The notes under the pieces were generated by a model. That model was given only the letters and a program-made list of their open reading frames with translations, ran no database searches and was not told where the DNA came from. This document shows positions 1-13,100 of a stretch of DNA of 64,000 nucleotides, one piece after another. The stretch spans positions 6,574,001-6,638,000 of the forward strand of contig NC_087251.1 of NCBI RefSeq assembly GCF_037042905.1, given 5' to 3'. The translations under genes were made by a program, and so were the position numbers. Source of the stretch: Lytechinus pictus. Taxonomy: Eukaryota. Each line of letters opens with the position of its first letter. Within the stretch, counting starts at the first letter, position 1.

Positions 1-1229
1 TGTAGTCATTGTAATCATGATTATCATACGCATCTCACTAATCAAATACTGCGAGCGCGAAGCGCGAGCTGAACATTTATGAAATTCAGACCTGAAAAGG
101 GGCATTCTAAGGCTTGTTTGTAGGAATTCACTAAGTCCTTACGTATTTCACTAACCAAATGATGCGAGCGCGAAGCGCGAGCTAAAATTTTTGATATTCA
201 GATAAAAAAAATTGACATTTTAAGGAATGATTTTAGGAATTCATGAAGAGCAGACATCTCACCGATCAACTAATGCGAACGTTAGCACGAACAGGAAATG
301 TTTTATATTAAGACCTTAAAATTGGGCAATCACTTTAAAGGGGAATGAAACCTTTGGAATAAGTAGGCTTGTGTCGAAACAGAAAAATCAAAGAATAAGA
401 ACAAAGAAAGTTTGAGAAAAATCGGATAAATAATAAGAAAGTTATGAGCATTTGAATATTGCAATCACTAGTGCTATGGAGATCCTCCTATTGGCAATGC
501 GACAAGGATGTGTGATGTCACATGTGAACAACTTTCCCTTTGATGGTCTATAGAATACCCTCAAAATGTCTGCTTCTGCTTTTTCTTGTGGTGATACAAA
601 TTTTTAACCATGATGTATTCTTTAAAAATCTGTATTACATGCCCTCCTATAAAAAGAACACATGATCTACTGATAGATGTGATAAAAGCGGCAATTTAAG
701 TGAAATATATACTAAAGAAATGGGGAGAGTTGTTCACAAGTGACATCACACATCTTTGTCGCATTGCTAATTTGAGGATCTCCATAGCATTAGTGATCAC
801 AATATTCAAATGCTCATAACTTTGTCTGATTTTTCTCAAACTTTCGTTAATCTGTTTCTTTGATTTTTCTGTTTTCACACAAGCTATCTTGTTCCAAAGT
901 TTTCATTCTCCTTTAAGTAATCATGAAAAAAAAGCAAATGTCACTACATAAAACAATAATAACTCGAATTGCGAGGAAATATATTTGGTGTATATTGATT
1001 TGAAAACGGGAGGTTTTAGTACAACAGGATTATACATCTCGTTAAACAGTCTATGCGAGCACCAGGAACAATGAAGACATAGGCCCTGAGCAAACTGTTT
1101 CATAAAGTCAAGAAAAAAAATGCTTCTTATGTATCATAATTATGATATAATATAACATTATAATAAACAATAATTTTTCTTTCCCCATTACGTTTCTCTT
1201 CCTTTCTCCCTCTTTTTCTCCTTTTCCCC

Positions 1230-1266
<37 letters not shown>

Positions 1267-1338
1267 GGGGGGGGGGGCAGCCGATTGAAGGGGGGGGGGG
1301 GCACGTGCCCACCATGCCCCCTGGTAGTTACGCCACTG
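1..1338. mobile_element. Same H1 insertion in composite copy 1 (partial)
   Basis: Ends TACGCCACTG at 1338 followed by TATAGGTA, the reverse complement of the TSD seen in copy 2. Confidence 0.88.
339..912. mobile_element. TTAA-specific palindromic MITE (Kolobok-type)
   Basis: TTAA|AGGGGAATGAAAC ... TTTCATTCTCCT|TTAA; long TIRs; same insertion at 17276-17858. Confidence 0.85.
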
Positions 1339-1484
1339 TATAGGTATACAGAACTCACCAATCAAAATGCGAGCGCACAGCGCTAGCTCATAGGCCTTCA
1401 TTTTTGACAATCGAGACACCTGAAAAGGAATATTTTGAGAATCTTATATGAAATACACAAAGATAATAGGTAGGCCTACAACAT

Positions 1485-1980
1485 TTTAAAGTTTCGCTTG
1501 ATTTCACAAACCAGTTATAATCACATCCTTGTCGGTATGCAAATGAGGAGACTGATGACATCACTCACCCACTACTTCATTTTGTATTTTAGTATATGAA
1601 ATATGAAATATTCAATTTTTCTCCGTTGTCGTGTGAAACAACGATTAATTCCTCCCTGAACATGAGCAATTAGCATTGTTTAATACTAAATGGTTCAATC
1701 AAGTTGGTCCATATTGTAAAATCTGTAAAAAATGAAAAATTGTATAATTCTAACAATAAAAAAACAAAGGAATTAGTGAGTGAGGGACATCATCGACTGT
1801 CTCATTTGCATGTCACTGAGTTGTGCATATCACTGTTTTTTTTAAAATAAGCAAAAAAAAATTTAGAAATGTCATAATTTTTTCATTTTACATCCGGTTT
1901 TGATGAAATTTTCAGCATGCTTGTTAGATTTTTCTCTATTTATTCAAATCAACATTTTTTGGGGTGGATGGACTTGTCCT
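1485..1980. mobile_element. Kolobok-type MITE (one end deleted), shared with 16214-16713
   Basis: Ends GGACTTGTCCT|TTAA; same family as 9487/20425. Confidence 0.78.
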
Positions 1981-2559
1981 TTAAGAAATGAATGCGAGCG
2001 CGAAGCGCTAGTTGAAAACTTTTTTAATGATGAAATGAAAAGGACATTTTCAGTTGTTGGATTAGAATATAAAATATTTTCAGCTTGTGCTTCTCGTTCG
2101 CATAAAAAAACTGTGAGGTCGGGATGCGTATATAACTAAACAGTGATGCGAGCGCGAAGCGCGAGCAAATTTTTTTTATATACTGACTTAAGAAGGACTC
2201 TTTTAAGGTATAATTCCTATTTTTTTTAAACATTTTAAGGACTTATGTACGTGTGATCGATGGAGAGGATACACACCTCACTAATCAAATATTGCGAACG
2301 CGTAGCGCCAGCTGAATTTGATATTAACCCCTTTTCTGACCCTGAACAGGATAGCTATCTCGCCAAACAAACTTCAAACTCGAGCACATTGATTTTTTTC
2401 TATTATCGTAAAAACGGGATATTTTAAATCAGCCGCATTAATGTAACCTTTTTGGGCAGGAAATAAATTTCACTATAAACAGGCAATACGAGCAATGTTG
2501 CGCCCCCGGTCGAACATGAATTTGCATGGAGCCCCCTAAGTTCAAGGTCAATTTGGCGC

Positions 2560-5185
2560 CCTCGGTTGAACATGAATTTGGCGCCATGTGAAATATCAAT
2601 TTGCCCTCCACCTTCTGAAACATGTATATGTCGCCTTATGGTCAAACATCAAATTAGCGCTCCCCTAGTTTGAACATCAATTCGACGCTCCCCTAGTTCG
2701 AACATCAATTTGGCGCCCCTCCCAGTTCAAACATCAATTTGGCGCCCCCCATCTAGTTCGAAAATTAATTCGCCCCGTCCCCCTTCTTCAAACATCAATT
2801 CGGCGCCCCATAGTTCGAACGTCATTTTGGCGCCGCCTAGTTCTAACATCAATTTGGCGCCCCCCTCGTTCGAACATCAATTTGGCGCCCCAAGTTCGAA
2901 TAGCAATTCGGCGCCCCCTAGTTCGAACATCAATTTGGCGCCCTATAGTTCGAACATTCAATCGGCGCCCCCCGATGTCGAACATAAGTTTTGCGCCCCT
3001 ACGTCAAACATCAATTCGGCGCATCCCCCCTACGTCGAACATCTATTTGGCCTCCCTAGGTCGAACATAAATTTGGCATCCCTTCGAACTCAATTTGGCT
3101 TCCCTAGTTCGAATATCAATTCGGCGCCCCCTAGTTCAAACATCAATTCGGCGCCAGTGGCGTAACAGGCGGGGGGGGGGGGGCAGGGGGCAAGCTGCCC
3201 CCCCGGCGGAGCTCACCGGGAAAATAAAAAAAAACGGGAAAAAAAAGGGGGGAAGAAAGGGAAAGGGAAAGGAAAGAAAAAAAGGGCAAGGAAAGGGAAA
3301 GGAAAAGGGAAAAGAAAGCTAAGAAAAAACACCAAAAAGGGAAAACGGAAAGATAACGGGAAAAGGAAGGAAAGAAGAACAAGTGAGAAAGAACAATTCT
3401 CCCCGATATACAAATACATTAGCATAATTAGTAAGACAGGGAAATAAATTAAAGATGACAAAAAGGCAAACAAAAGCGGGAAATAAAGGCAGAATGGAAT
3501 TAGCCAAAATCTAAATTGGAAAATAAAGAATAGGGACAAGATATCGTACACTACCGGGCTGACGAGGATTGAGATAACGAGCGGGAAGAAAAATGGATGG
3601 AATATAGCATAATGTCGTATGAAAGTCTATCATAAAATAATCTTGCTAAATCTCCAAAGGCTCTGTCCAAGAGTCAAGACCCCGTGCAGTGGGGGCTCTT
3701 CATCTGTAACCTTTAATGGGTTCTATAACGGGCCCCTATATGGACCCTTCCTGCATTAAGCTTTACGTTGAAGCACCGGCGTACCGGGGGGTGGTTCCAC
3801 TGCCAAGGGGAAATAAAAGAAAATAAAGGAGGCAGCGAAATGACATGAATGAAAAAAATATATATGACATGATATTTGCTATAATGATGTAAAAATCGAT
3901 CACATAATTAAAATTTCATTTTAACAGGCCATTTTTTCTGGCTCGCTTCGCTCGCTGACGACTTTTTACAAATTTTCCCACATTTGCTATGGTGTCCCCC
4001 TCACAATATTTGGATGATTACGATAGTACACAACTGCATTGAATTTATGTGTTGTGTGAAAGCTATATAAATATACACGCAACTTGATTAAAATAAGTGG
4101 CCATCTGTAAGGTTTAAAATGGCTTTGATATCAAGAGGTTCCGGGGCTCTGCCCTGGACCCCACCCATAAAGCACTGTTATATGGATGAGTTTGGACCAT
4201 GGCCCCCAAAAGTTCTACAACCAAACAAAAAAAATGAGGAAAGAAAGGAAAGTGTATTATATTTTTCTGAATATCACGTTAAAATCTATCTTCATGTTAG
4301 ATTCTCATGAAAAGGTGATTTTTTTATCTCGCTCGCTTCGCTCGCTCGGGACCTATATTAAGCTACTTCTTGCCACAAGCGCCATACTCGGCCCCCTCGA
4401 GCATATAGAGCTTCACCCTGATGCTCACAATCATAACAAAAATCCTGTTCAACGTGGCGTACAAAAAAGAGAGAAAAACGGCAAGAGAGGAGGGTGACCT
4501 ATGATATCTTTTTAACATTATGTCAAAATCTATCACAAAATTTGATTTTTGCAATAAAAATGTCAAATATTTTTGCTCGCTCGCTTCGCTCGCTCGCTTA
4601 TATATATATATATATTTGCCCGATACGCCATATCGCCCCCTCAAACTTTTTGCCTAATGACGCCATTGCCCGTTCCATGATATATGACCGGGAAATTTTT
4701 GGCTCTTGCCCCCCCCCTGGCCACCGACCCCTGTTACGCCGCTGTTCGGCGCCCCCCCCCCTAGTTCGAGTATCAATTCGGCGTCCCCCTAGTTTGAGTA
4801 TCAGTTTGGCGCCCCCTAGCTCGAACATCGATTCGCCCCCCCCCTAGTTCGAATATCTATTTGGCGCCCCCAATTCGAACATCATTTTAACATCCCTTCG
4901 AACATCATTTTGGCGCCCTCCTAGATCGAATATCAATTCGGCGCCCCTACATATAGGTCCAACATCAATTTGGCGCCCCATAGTTCGAGTATCAATTTGG
5001 CGCCCCCTAGTTCCAACATCAATTCTGAGCCCCCCTAGTTTGAGTATCAATTTGGCGCCCCCCTAGTTCGAACATCGATTCGGCCCCCTCCCCCCTTGTT
5101 CGAGTATAAATCTGGCGCCCCCAGTTCGAACATCATTTTAACATCCCTTCAAACATCATTTCGGCGCCCTTTTGGTTCGAACATC
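2560..5185. repeat. ~28-30 bp minisatellite (GGCGCCCCCTAGTTCGAACATCAATTT), interrupted by H2
   Basis: Dozens of tandem units at 2560-3154 and 4745-5185. Confidence 0.9.
3155..4744. mobile_element. hAT-type non-autonomous element (family H2), private to composite copy 1
   Basis: TIRs CAGTGGCGTAACAGG / CCTGTTACGCCGCTG; perfect 8-bp TSD TTCGGCGC (3147-3154, 4745-4752). Confidence 0.9.
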
Positions 5186-6056
5186 ATTTTCTTTCCTCCT
5201 CTTCCTCTTTTTTTCTTCTCGTCCTTCCCCTCTTTCTTTCCCCTTTTCTTCTTTTCTTTCCCCCCGTTCTCTCTCTTTTTTCTTCTCTTCTTTCTTCCCT
5301 CTTCCTCTTTCTCCTTTTTTCTCCTTTTCCTTTTCCCCTCTCTTTTCCCCCTTCTTCTTTCCCCTCTTCCTCTTTTTTCTCCCCCCTCCCCCTGCCTTTT
5401 CTTCTCTTCCTTCCCCCTCTTCTTCTTTTTTTTTCTTTCTTTCCCCTCTTCTCCTTTTTTTCTTTTATTTCCCCTCTTCTTTTTTCTTCTTTTCTTTCCC
5501 CTCTCTTTTTTTTCTCTTCTTTCCTCCCTCTTCCTCTCTCTCCTTTTCTTTTCCTCTCTCTCTCTTTTGTCTTCCCCCTCTCCCTCCCTTTTCTTCTCTT
5601 CCTCTTTTTTTCTCCTTTTCTTTCCTCTTTTTCCTCTCTCTCTTTTTCTTCTCTTCCTTCCCCCCTTCCCCTCTCTCACTTTTTTCTCCTTTTCCTTTCC
5701 CTCTCTTTTTCCTTCTCTTTCTTTCCCCTTTTCCTCTCCCTTTTCCTTCCCTTCCTTCCCCCTCTTCCCTTTTTCTTGTTTTCTTTCCCCCTTTCCTCTC
5801 TCTTTTTTCTCCTCTTCCTCTCTCTTTTCCCCTCTTCTTTTCCCCTTTCTCTCTCTTCTCTTCTTTCCTCCTTCTTCCTCTCTCTTTTTTTCTCCTTTTC
5901 CTTTCCCCCTCTCCCTCTCTCGATCTTTCCTCTTTTCTTTCCCCCCTCTTTCTCTCTCTCTTTTCTTCCCTTCTCCCCCCTCTTCCTTTCTTCTTTTTCT
6001 TCTTTTCTTTCCCCTCTTCCCCTCTTTTTTCTCTTTCTTTCCCTCTCTTTTTTTTT
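5186..6056. repeat. Polypyrimidine tract (~870 bp)
   Basis: Almost exclusively C/T. Confidence 0.95.
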
Positions 6057-6114
6057 AGCCTAAGGGGGGGGGGGGCCAAGGCCCCCTCGGCCCCCCCCCA
6101 TGGATCCGCGCCTG

Positions 6115-7180
6115 CCTAATAGAGACATTTTCTGGACAATGTCATAAAACGGATATGCATCTCACTGATCAAATAATGCGAGCGCGAAGCGCGAGCTGAA
6201 TTTTTTTAATATCAACACCTAAAAAGAGACATTATAATCAAATTTGTGTAATCATGATAGGTACCGTCTCGCTAAACAATACGAGCGCGAAGCGCGAGCT
6301 GAAGTTTTCGTATATTTTGACCCCAAACAGCGAGATTTTGAGGAATATATTTTAGGAATCCATTAAGAGTATGCATATCTCACCATAGTCATCTAATGCG
6401 AGTGCCAAGCGCTTGCTGCTTTATAAGAATTACATCTGAACACATGAAACACTTGTTGTAGTCATTGCAATCATGATTATCATACGCATCTCCCTAATTA
6501 AATATTGCGAGCGCGAAGCGCGAGCTGAAAATTTAGATAATTCAGACCTGAAGTGGGGCATTCTAAGGTTTCTTTGTGGGAATTAACTAGGACCATACGT
6601 ATTTCAATATCCAAATGATGCGAGCGCGAAGCGCGAGCTGAAAATTTTTGATATTCAGATCAGAAGAAAGGACATTTTAAGGACTGATTTTAGGAATTCA
6701 TGAAGAGCATACATATCTCACCAATCCACTAATGCGAACGTAATCACGGACAGTAAAATGTTTCATATATACGAAGACCTTAACATGGGGCAATCACTTT
6801 TTGAGTCATGAAAAAGAAGCATATGTCACTTCATAAAACAATGATTACTCAAGTGCTAGGAAATATATTTGGTTTATATTGACTTGAAAACGGGATGTTT
6901 CAGTACAACAGGACTATACATCTCGTTAACAGACAATGCAAGCACCAGGCCCTGGGCAAATTATGTTTCATGAAGTTATGATAAAAACGTTTCTTATGTA
7001 ATGTAACATTACATAATTATAATATAACATTATAATTAATAATATTTTCTTCTTTCCCACTATACGCTTCTCTTCCTTTCTCCCTCTTTTCTCCTTTTCC
7101 CCTTTCCCCGTTTTTTTTTTGGTCAGCCGATGGGGGGGGGGGGGGGGCATGTGCCCCCCCCCCCCGTAGTTACGCCACTG
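6115..7180. mobile_element. Independent, more diverged H1-family copy (right part) that hosts composite copy 1
   Basis: Colinear with the reverse complement of 16859-18549; lacks the TTAA MITE (empty site near 6795); ends GTAGTTACGCCACTG. Confidence 0.82.
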
Positions 7181-7602
7181 TATGTCCATATGGCAAATAA
7201 CCCTCCAATATTATTATCTTTTTTACCCCATGATGGTTTAATGGTTTAATTAGAGATTACATTAAAAAAGAATTGACATTCCATCTTGATCCCTTCCCAT
7301 AGACCCCGACATTAATTAATTGGAAGAAACTGGAGTTTCTCTTCAATGTTATAATAAGGACATAAGTATTTCGATTGGAAATGGTGAACTGGCTCTTTAT
7401 TTGCATTTTATGATTCAATAATATTGTTTTATTTTTAAGCGGTATTTCAGGAAGAATTTTCACCAATAAAACAATTATCTCTTGTAATTTTTTTTCATTT
7501 CTTTCGTAAAAAGTGGGGGGATGTTTGTACAGGCCATCCCCCCCTCCTCGAAAAGTGGGGGGGATATATCCCCCCCATCCCCCCCGGGATTTACGCCAGT
7601 GC

Positions 7603-7636
<34 letters not shown>

Positions 7637-7657
7637 TACATATATATATATATATAT

Positions 7658-7736
<79 letters not shown>

Positions 7737-8357
7737 CTATATATATGTATGACTCATGAGACACAGACACGTATCTCACTACACAGATAGTATGAGTGCC
7801 GAGAGTGAGCTCAAATTTCTTTATATTCTGAGCTGAAAACTTGATATTCTAAGCATTTTTGGTACCAATGATTAAGATTTGTATCTAAAAGAGAAAAGAT
7901 GCGAGCGCGAAGCGCGAGCTGAAAATTTTGATATTTCGATCTGAAAAAATGACAGTTTACTGGACGTTTTTTTTATAAAGAACAAGCTATATATCCAAGA
8001 AAAGATGATTGCAAATTGAAGCAGTTCTTTTGAGGCTTAGAACTGAAAATGGGACATTTACATTCACCAATTTAATCATGAAAAGTATGGGTTTTTGCTA
8101 CAGAAATGATGCGAGCGCGAAGCGCGAGCTGAAAATTTTTATATTCCAATCTGAAAAGCGGACATTTTGAGCACGATTTTAAATAAAGAACGAGTTGTGT
8201 ATCTCAATCTCGCTTGCTGAACATTACAATCTTGTTTTTTTTTAAATGCATATCCGGAATTATTGGGGGGGCAAAATGATATGTTTGTCCCCCCAATATT
8301 TTCATTGGTGGGGCGATCGCCCCCCCCTGCCCCCCCCCCCCAGGATCGACGCCTCTG
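7181..8357. mobile_element. Right-hand parts of two further hAT-like elements (termini at 7601 and 8357) with a (CA)n/(TA)n microsatellite at 7603-7750
   Basis: Poly-C followed by GATTTACGCCAGTG (7601) and GATCGACGCCTCTG (8357); GCGAGCGCGAAGCGCGAGC motifs at 7901 and 8111. Confidence 0.6.
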
Positions 8358-9251
8358 TTCAGGAGGTTAATAGGATAATTATTCCTCGAAATAGGCTAAT
8401 AATCCATGTTTTTTGTATTTACATTAGAAACGTTTGTATTTCCGTGGATTTCCGTTTAAATTCTATCATCATCATTTTGCCAAATATCTAAGCTTGAAGT
8501 CGATACCAAATTTAGCTGCCCGTTTTTGCCCGTTTTCATGTTAGAGCCGATTTTACTTGACACAACACCCCCAAAACCTGTTAAAAAACTGTCATTTTTA
8601 TACCGCGCGGTCATCGCAGCGCACCGTGTGGGGTGTACATTGCCGTTCATTTTTGCACGTCGAGGACGATTCCCCTTCCATTCCATGAAAATGACATGAA
8701 TTCCGGGCATAATGCAAAGAAAATAAAAGTTGATAACGCATATAAGGGCTACCCGCCCCTCTTCCAGAGATAAAAGTTAGTTGTAGAATAATTTCAGCCA
8801 AAAACCCTCCTCATAGTAAAATATTCGTGGTGTTATATACTCTGCGTTTTACCCAAGTCTATACTGCTTGATAAAGCACGGTTAATATTTTTTCAGATAT
8901 TTAAGTATTTATTTTAATCTAATGATCATTTTGTTGCCATCAAATTATTTTCAGGATCTCATACACACTTTTTAGGCATGTGAGAATCATAAACCAACAT
9001 TCACTCTGGTCAATCTTAAAGAAACACATAACACAAAGTTTATATACTGCACATTGTTTAGCGTAATTTGTCTTTTTACAGATAGGTTTTAAGGAGCCAA
9101 TCAAAATTTGTTATCAAAGTGACGTCATAACGGCTTTAAATTATGTTCAGTCGATTCTACGGCCAAAATTACCCCTAATGAACTTGGTAAAATAAAAATA
9201 TAACACGGAATATAATTTTGGCGCACTTTCACCTCATTCTGGCCCACTGTG
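8358..9251. mobile_element. Terminal part of a Transib-like element
   Basis: The minus strand starts CACAGTGGGCCAGAA at 9251; the adjacent 5 bp are CGACG (CGNCG); the other end is not in the window. Confidence 0.55.
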
Positions 9252-9961
9252 CGACGACGGCGTCGTCAACATTGAAAACTTAACCAAAGGTAAAGTTTTT
9301 GAAACGGTCATCATGACTTAGAAAGTATGACACATAACTTAGAAACTTGGCCTGTAATCAAGTATTACCCTGTTTAAGTTTCAGGTCACATGACCAACGG
9401 ATCGAAGGTCATTTAGGGTCAATGAACTTAGACCACGCACGTTGGGGGAATCAACATTGAAATCTTACTAACCATGGAGCTATTAAGAGAGAAGTCCACC
9501 CCAACAAAACATTGATTTGAATAAAAAGAGAAAAATTCAACAAGCATATAACACTGAAAATTTCATCAAAATCGGATGTAAATAAAAAAAAGTTTCACAT
9601 TATGCAAATCCTGGTCGGCTTGCAAACGAGGAGACTGATGATGTCATCCAATCACTATTTCTTTTGTATTTTATTGTATGAAATTATGATTCTAATTTTG
9701 TCATTTTCTCATTGTCAAGTGAAACAATGATTAATTCCACCCTGAACATATGGAATTAGCATTGTGGTTCAGCCTAGCTGGTCCTAATTATTGTCGAATC
9801 TATATAAAAAAGAAATATTGTATAATTAAAACAATAAAAAGCACAAAAAAAAGAAATAGTGAGTGAGGGATATCATCGTCTGTCTCATTTGCATGCCACT
9901 GAGTTATAGGCGCGGATCCATGGGGGGGGGCCGAGGGGGCCTTGCCCCCCCCCCCCCCTTC

Positions 9962-12003
9962 GGCAAAAAAAAAAGAAGAGAGGGAAAGAAAGAGGGGAAG
10001 AGGGGAAAGAAAAGAAGAAAAAGAAGAAAGGAAGAGGGGGAAGAAGGGAAGAAAAAAGATAGAGGAAAACGGGGGAAAGAAAATAGGAAAGGAGAGAGGG
10101 AAAGGAAAAGGAGAAAAAAAGAGAGAGGAAGAAGGAGGAAAGAAGAGAAGAGAGAGAAAGGGGAAAAGAGAGAGGAAGAGGGGGAAGGAAGAAGAGGAGA
10201 AAAAAAAGAGAGGAAACGGGGAAAGGAGAGTGGGAAAGGAAAAGGAGAAAAAAAGAGAGAGGAAGAAGGAGGAAAGAAGAGAAGAGAGAGAAAGGGGAAA
10301 AGAGAGAGGAAGAGGGGGAAGGAAGAAGAGGAGAAAAAAAAGAGAGGAAAGGGGGAAAGAAAAGAAGAAAAAGAGAGGGAAAGGTAAAGGAGAAAAAAAG
10401 AAGGAGAGGGGAAGAGGAGAAAGAAAGAGAAGAAAAAGAGAGAGAGAAAAAAGAGGAAAGGAAAGGAGAAAAAAGAGGAAGAGAAAAAAAGGGAGGGGGA
10501 GGGAGAGGGGGAAGAAAAAAGAGGAAGAGGGGAAAAGAAAAGGAGAAAAAGGAGAGAGAGGAAGAGGGAGGAAAGAAGAGAAGAAAAAAGAGAGGGAAAA
10601 GAAAAGAAGAAAAAAGAAGCGGGGAAAGAAAAGAAGAAAAAAGGAGAAGAAGAGGGGAAAGAAAGAGAAAAAAGATGAAGAGGGGGAAGAAGGGAAGAAA
10701 AAAGAGAGAGGAAAGTGGGGAAAGAAAAGAGGAAAGGAGAGAGGGAAAGGAAAAGGAGAAAAAAAGAGAGAGGAAGAAGGAGGAAAGAAGAGAAGAGAGA
10801 GAAAGGAGAAAAGAGAGAGGAAGAGGGGGAAGGAAGAAGAGGAGAAAAAAGAGAGAGGAAAGGGGGAAAGAAAAGAAGAAAAAGGGAAGAGGGGGAAGGA
10901 AGGGAAGGAAAAGGGAGAGGAAAAGGGGAAAGAAAGAGACGGAAAAGAGAGGGAAAGGAAAAGGAGAAAAAACGAAGGAGAGGGGAAGAGGAGAAAGGAA
11001 GCCAGAGAAGAAAAAGAGAGAGAGAAAAAAGAGGAAAGGAAAGGAGAAAAAAGAGGAAGAGAAGAAAAGGGAGGGGGAGGGAGAGGGGGAAGAAAAAAGA
11101 GGAAGAGGGGAAAAGAAAAGGAGAAAAAAGAAGCGGGGAAAGAAAAGAAGAAAAAAGGAGAAGAAGAGGGGAAAGAAAGAGAAGAGAGAGGAAGAGGGGG
11201 AAGGAAGAGAAAAAAGGGAGGGGGAGAAAAAAGAGGAAGAGGGGGAAGAAGGGAAGAAAAAAAGAGAGAGGAAAAGTGGGGAAAGAAAAGAGGAAAGGAG
11301 AGAGGGAAAGGAAAAGGAGAAAAAAAGAGAGAGGAAGAAGGAGGAAAGGGGAAAAGAGAGAGGAAGAGGGGGAAGGAAGAAGAGGAGAAAAAAGAGAGAG
11401 GAAAGGGGGAAAGAAAAGAAGAAAAAGGGAAGAGGGGGAAGGAAGGGAAGGAAAAGGGAGAGGAAAAGGGGAAAGAAAGAGAAGGAAAAGAGAGGGAAAG
11501 GAAAAGGAGAAAAAAAGAAGGAGAGGGGAAGAGGGGAAAGGAAGAGAAGAAAAGGAGAGAGAGAAAAAAGAGGAAAGGAAAGGAGAAAAAAGAGGAAGAT
11601 AAGAAAAGGGAGGGGGAGAGAGAGAGGGGGAAGAAAAAAGAGGAAGAGGGGAAAAGAAAAGGAGAGAGAGGAAGAGGGAGGAAAGAAGAGAAGAAAAAAG
11701 AGAGGGAAAAGAAAAGAAGAAAAAATAAGCGGGGAAAGAAAAGAAGAAAAAAGGAGAAGAAGAGGGGAAAGAAAGAGAAAAAAGAGGAAGAGGGGGAAGG
11801 AAGAGAAAAAAAGGGAGGGGGAGAAAAAAGAGGAAGAGGGGAAAGAAGAGGGGGAAAAGAGAGAGGAAGAGGGGAAAAGGAAAAGGAGAAAGAGGAAGAG
11901 GGAAGAAAGAAGAGAAGAAAAAAGAGAGAGAACGGGGGGAAAGAAAAGGGGAGAGGAAGAGGGGGAAGGACGAGAAGAAAAAAGAGGAAGAGGAGGAAAG
12001 AAA
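9962..12003. repeat. Polypurine tract (~2 kb) with internal block duplications
   Basis: Almost exclusively A/G; expanded counterpart of 5186-6056. Confidence 0.95.
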
Positions 12004-13100
12004 ATGATGTTCGAACCAAAAGGGCGCCGAAATGATGTTCGAACTGGAGGCCGAAGTGATGTTCGAACGGGGGGGGGGGGGGCGAATTGATGTTCGACGT
12101 AGAGGCGCCAAATTGATGTTCGAACTAGGGGGCGCCAAATTGATGTTCGAACTAGGGGGCGCCAAATTGATACTCGAGCTAGGGGGGGGGGGCCGAAATG
12201 ATATTCGAACTAGGGGCGCCAAATTGATGTTGGACCTATACATGTAGGGGCGCCGAATTGATATTTGATCTAGAAGGGCGCCAAAATGATGTTCGAAGGG
12301 ATGTTAAAATGATGTTCGAACTGGGGGCGCCAAATTGATACTCGAACTAGGGGGGGGGCGAATCGATGTTCGAGCTAGGGGGCGCCAAACTGATACTCAA
12401 ACTAGGGGGGCACCGAATCGATGTTCGAACTAGGGGGGCGCCGAAATGATGTTCGAAGGGATGTTGAAATGATGTTCGAACTGGAAGCGCCAAACTGATA
12501 CTCAAACTAGGGGGGCGCCGAATCGATGTTCGAACTAGGGGGGCGCCAAATTGATACTCGAGCTAGGGGGGCGAAATGATATTCGAACTAGGGAAGCCAA
12601 ATTGAGTTCGAAGGGATGCCAAAATGATGTTCGAACTGGGGGTCGAATTGATGATCGACCTTCATGTAGGGGCGCTGAATTGATACTCGAACTAGGGGGG
12701 GGGGGGCGCCGAATTGATGTTCGAACTAGGGGCGCCAATTTGATGTTCCAACTGGGGGCGCCAAACTGATGTTCGACCTAGGGAGGCCAAATAGATGTTC
12801 GACGTAGGAGGGGGGGGGTTGCGCCGAATTGATGTTCGACGTAGGGGCGCAAAATTTATGTTCGACATCGGGGGGCGCCGATTGAATGTTCGAACTAGGG
12901 GCGCCAAATTGATGTTCGAACTAGGGGGCGCCGAATCGCTATTCGAACTTGGGGCGCCAAATTGATGTTCGAACGAGGGGGGCGCCAAATTGATGTTCGA
13001 ACTAGGGGAGCGCTAATTTGATGTTTGACCATAAGGCGACAAATACATGTTTCAGAAGGGGGAGGGCAAAGTGATATTTCACATGGCGCCAAATTCATGT
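12004..13100. repeat. Same ~28-30 bp minisatellite, reverse orientation
   Basis: AAATTGATGTTCGAACTAGGGGGCGCC tandem units. Confidence 0.9.

Larger units (their letters stand above)
1..6114 (-). mobile_element. Composite non-autonomous hAT-type element, copy 1 (runs off the left edge)
   Basis: Reverse complement of 9907-18198 (pos 1 = pos 18198); terminus TGGATCCGCGCCTG at 6101-6114; inserted into a copy of the family ending at 7180. Confidence 0.88.

Noticed and set aside
2560..3165. CRISPR-like appearance or PPSSNIN-repeat protein
   Set aside because: Contiguous tandem units without unique spacers, variable unit length breaking the frame, eukaryotic context and no cas genes.
5096..6119. 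ORFs of 176-320 aa
   Set aside because: Same polypyrimidine artefact. The F/S/L ORFs at 30419-31832 and 39535-40148 are rejected for the same reason.
9800..12243. Long ORFs of 295-779 aa (K/R/E/G-rich or F/S/L/P-rich)
   Set aside because: Artefacts of a purine-only strand that cannot contain stop codons; open in multiple frames on both strands.
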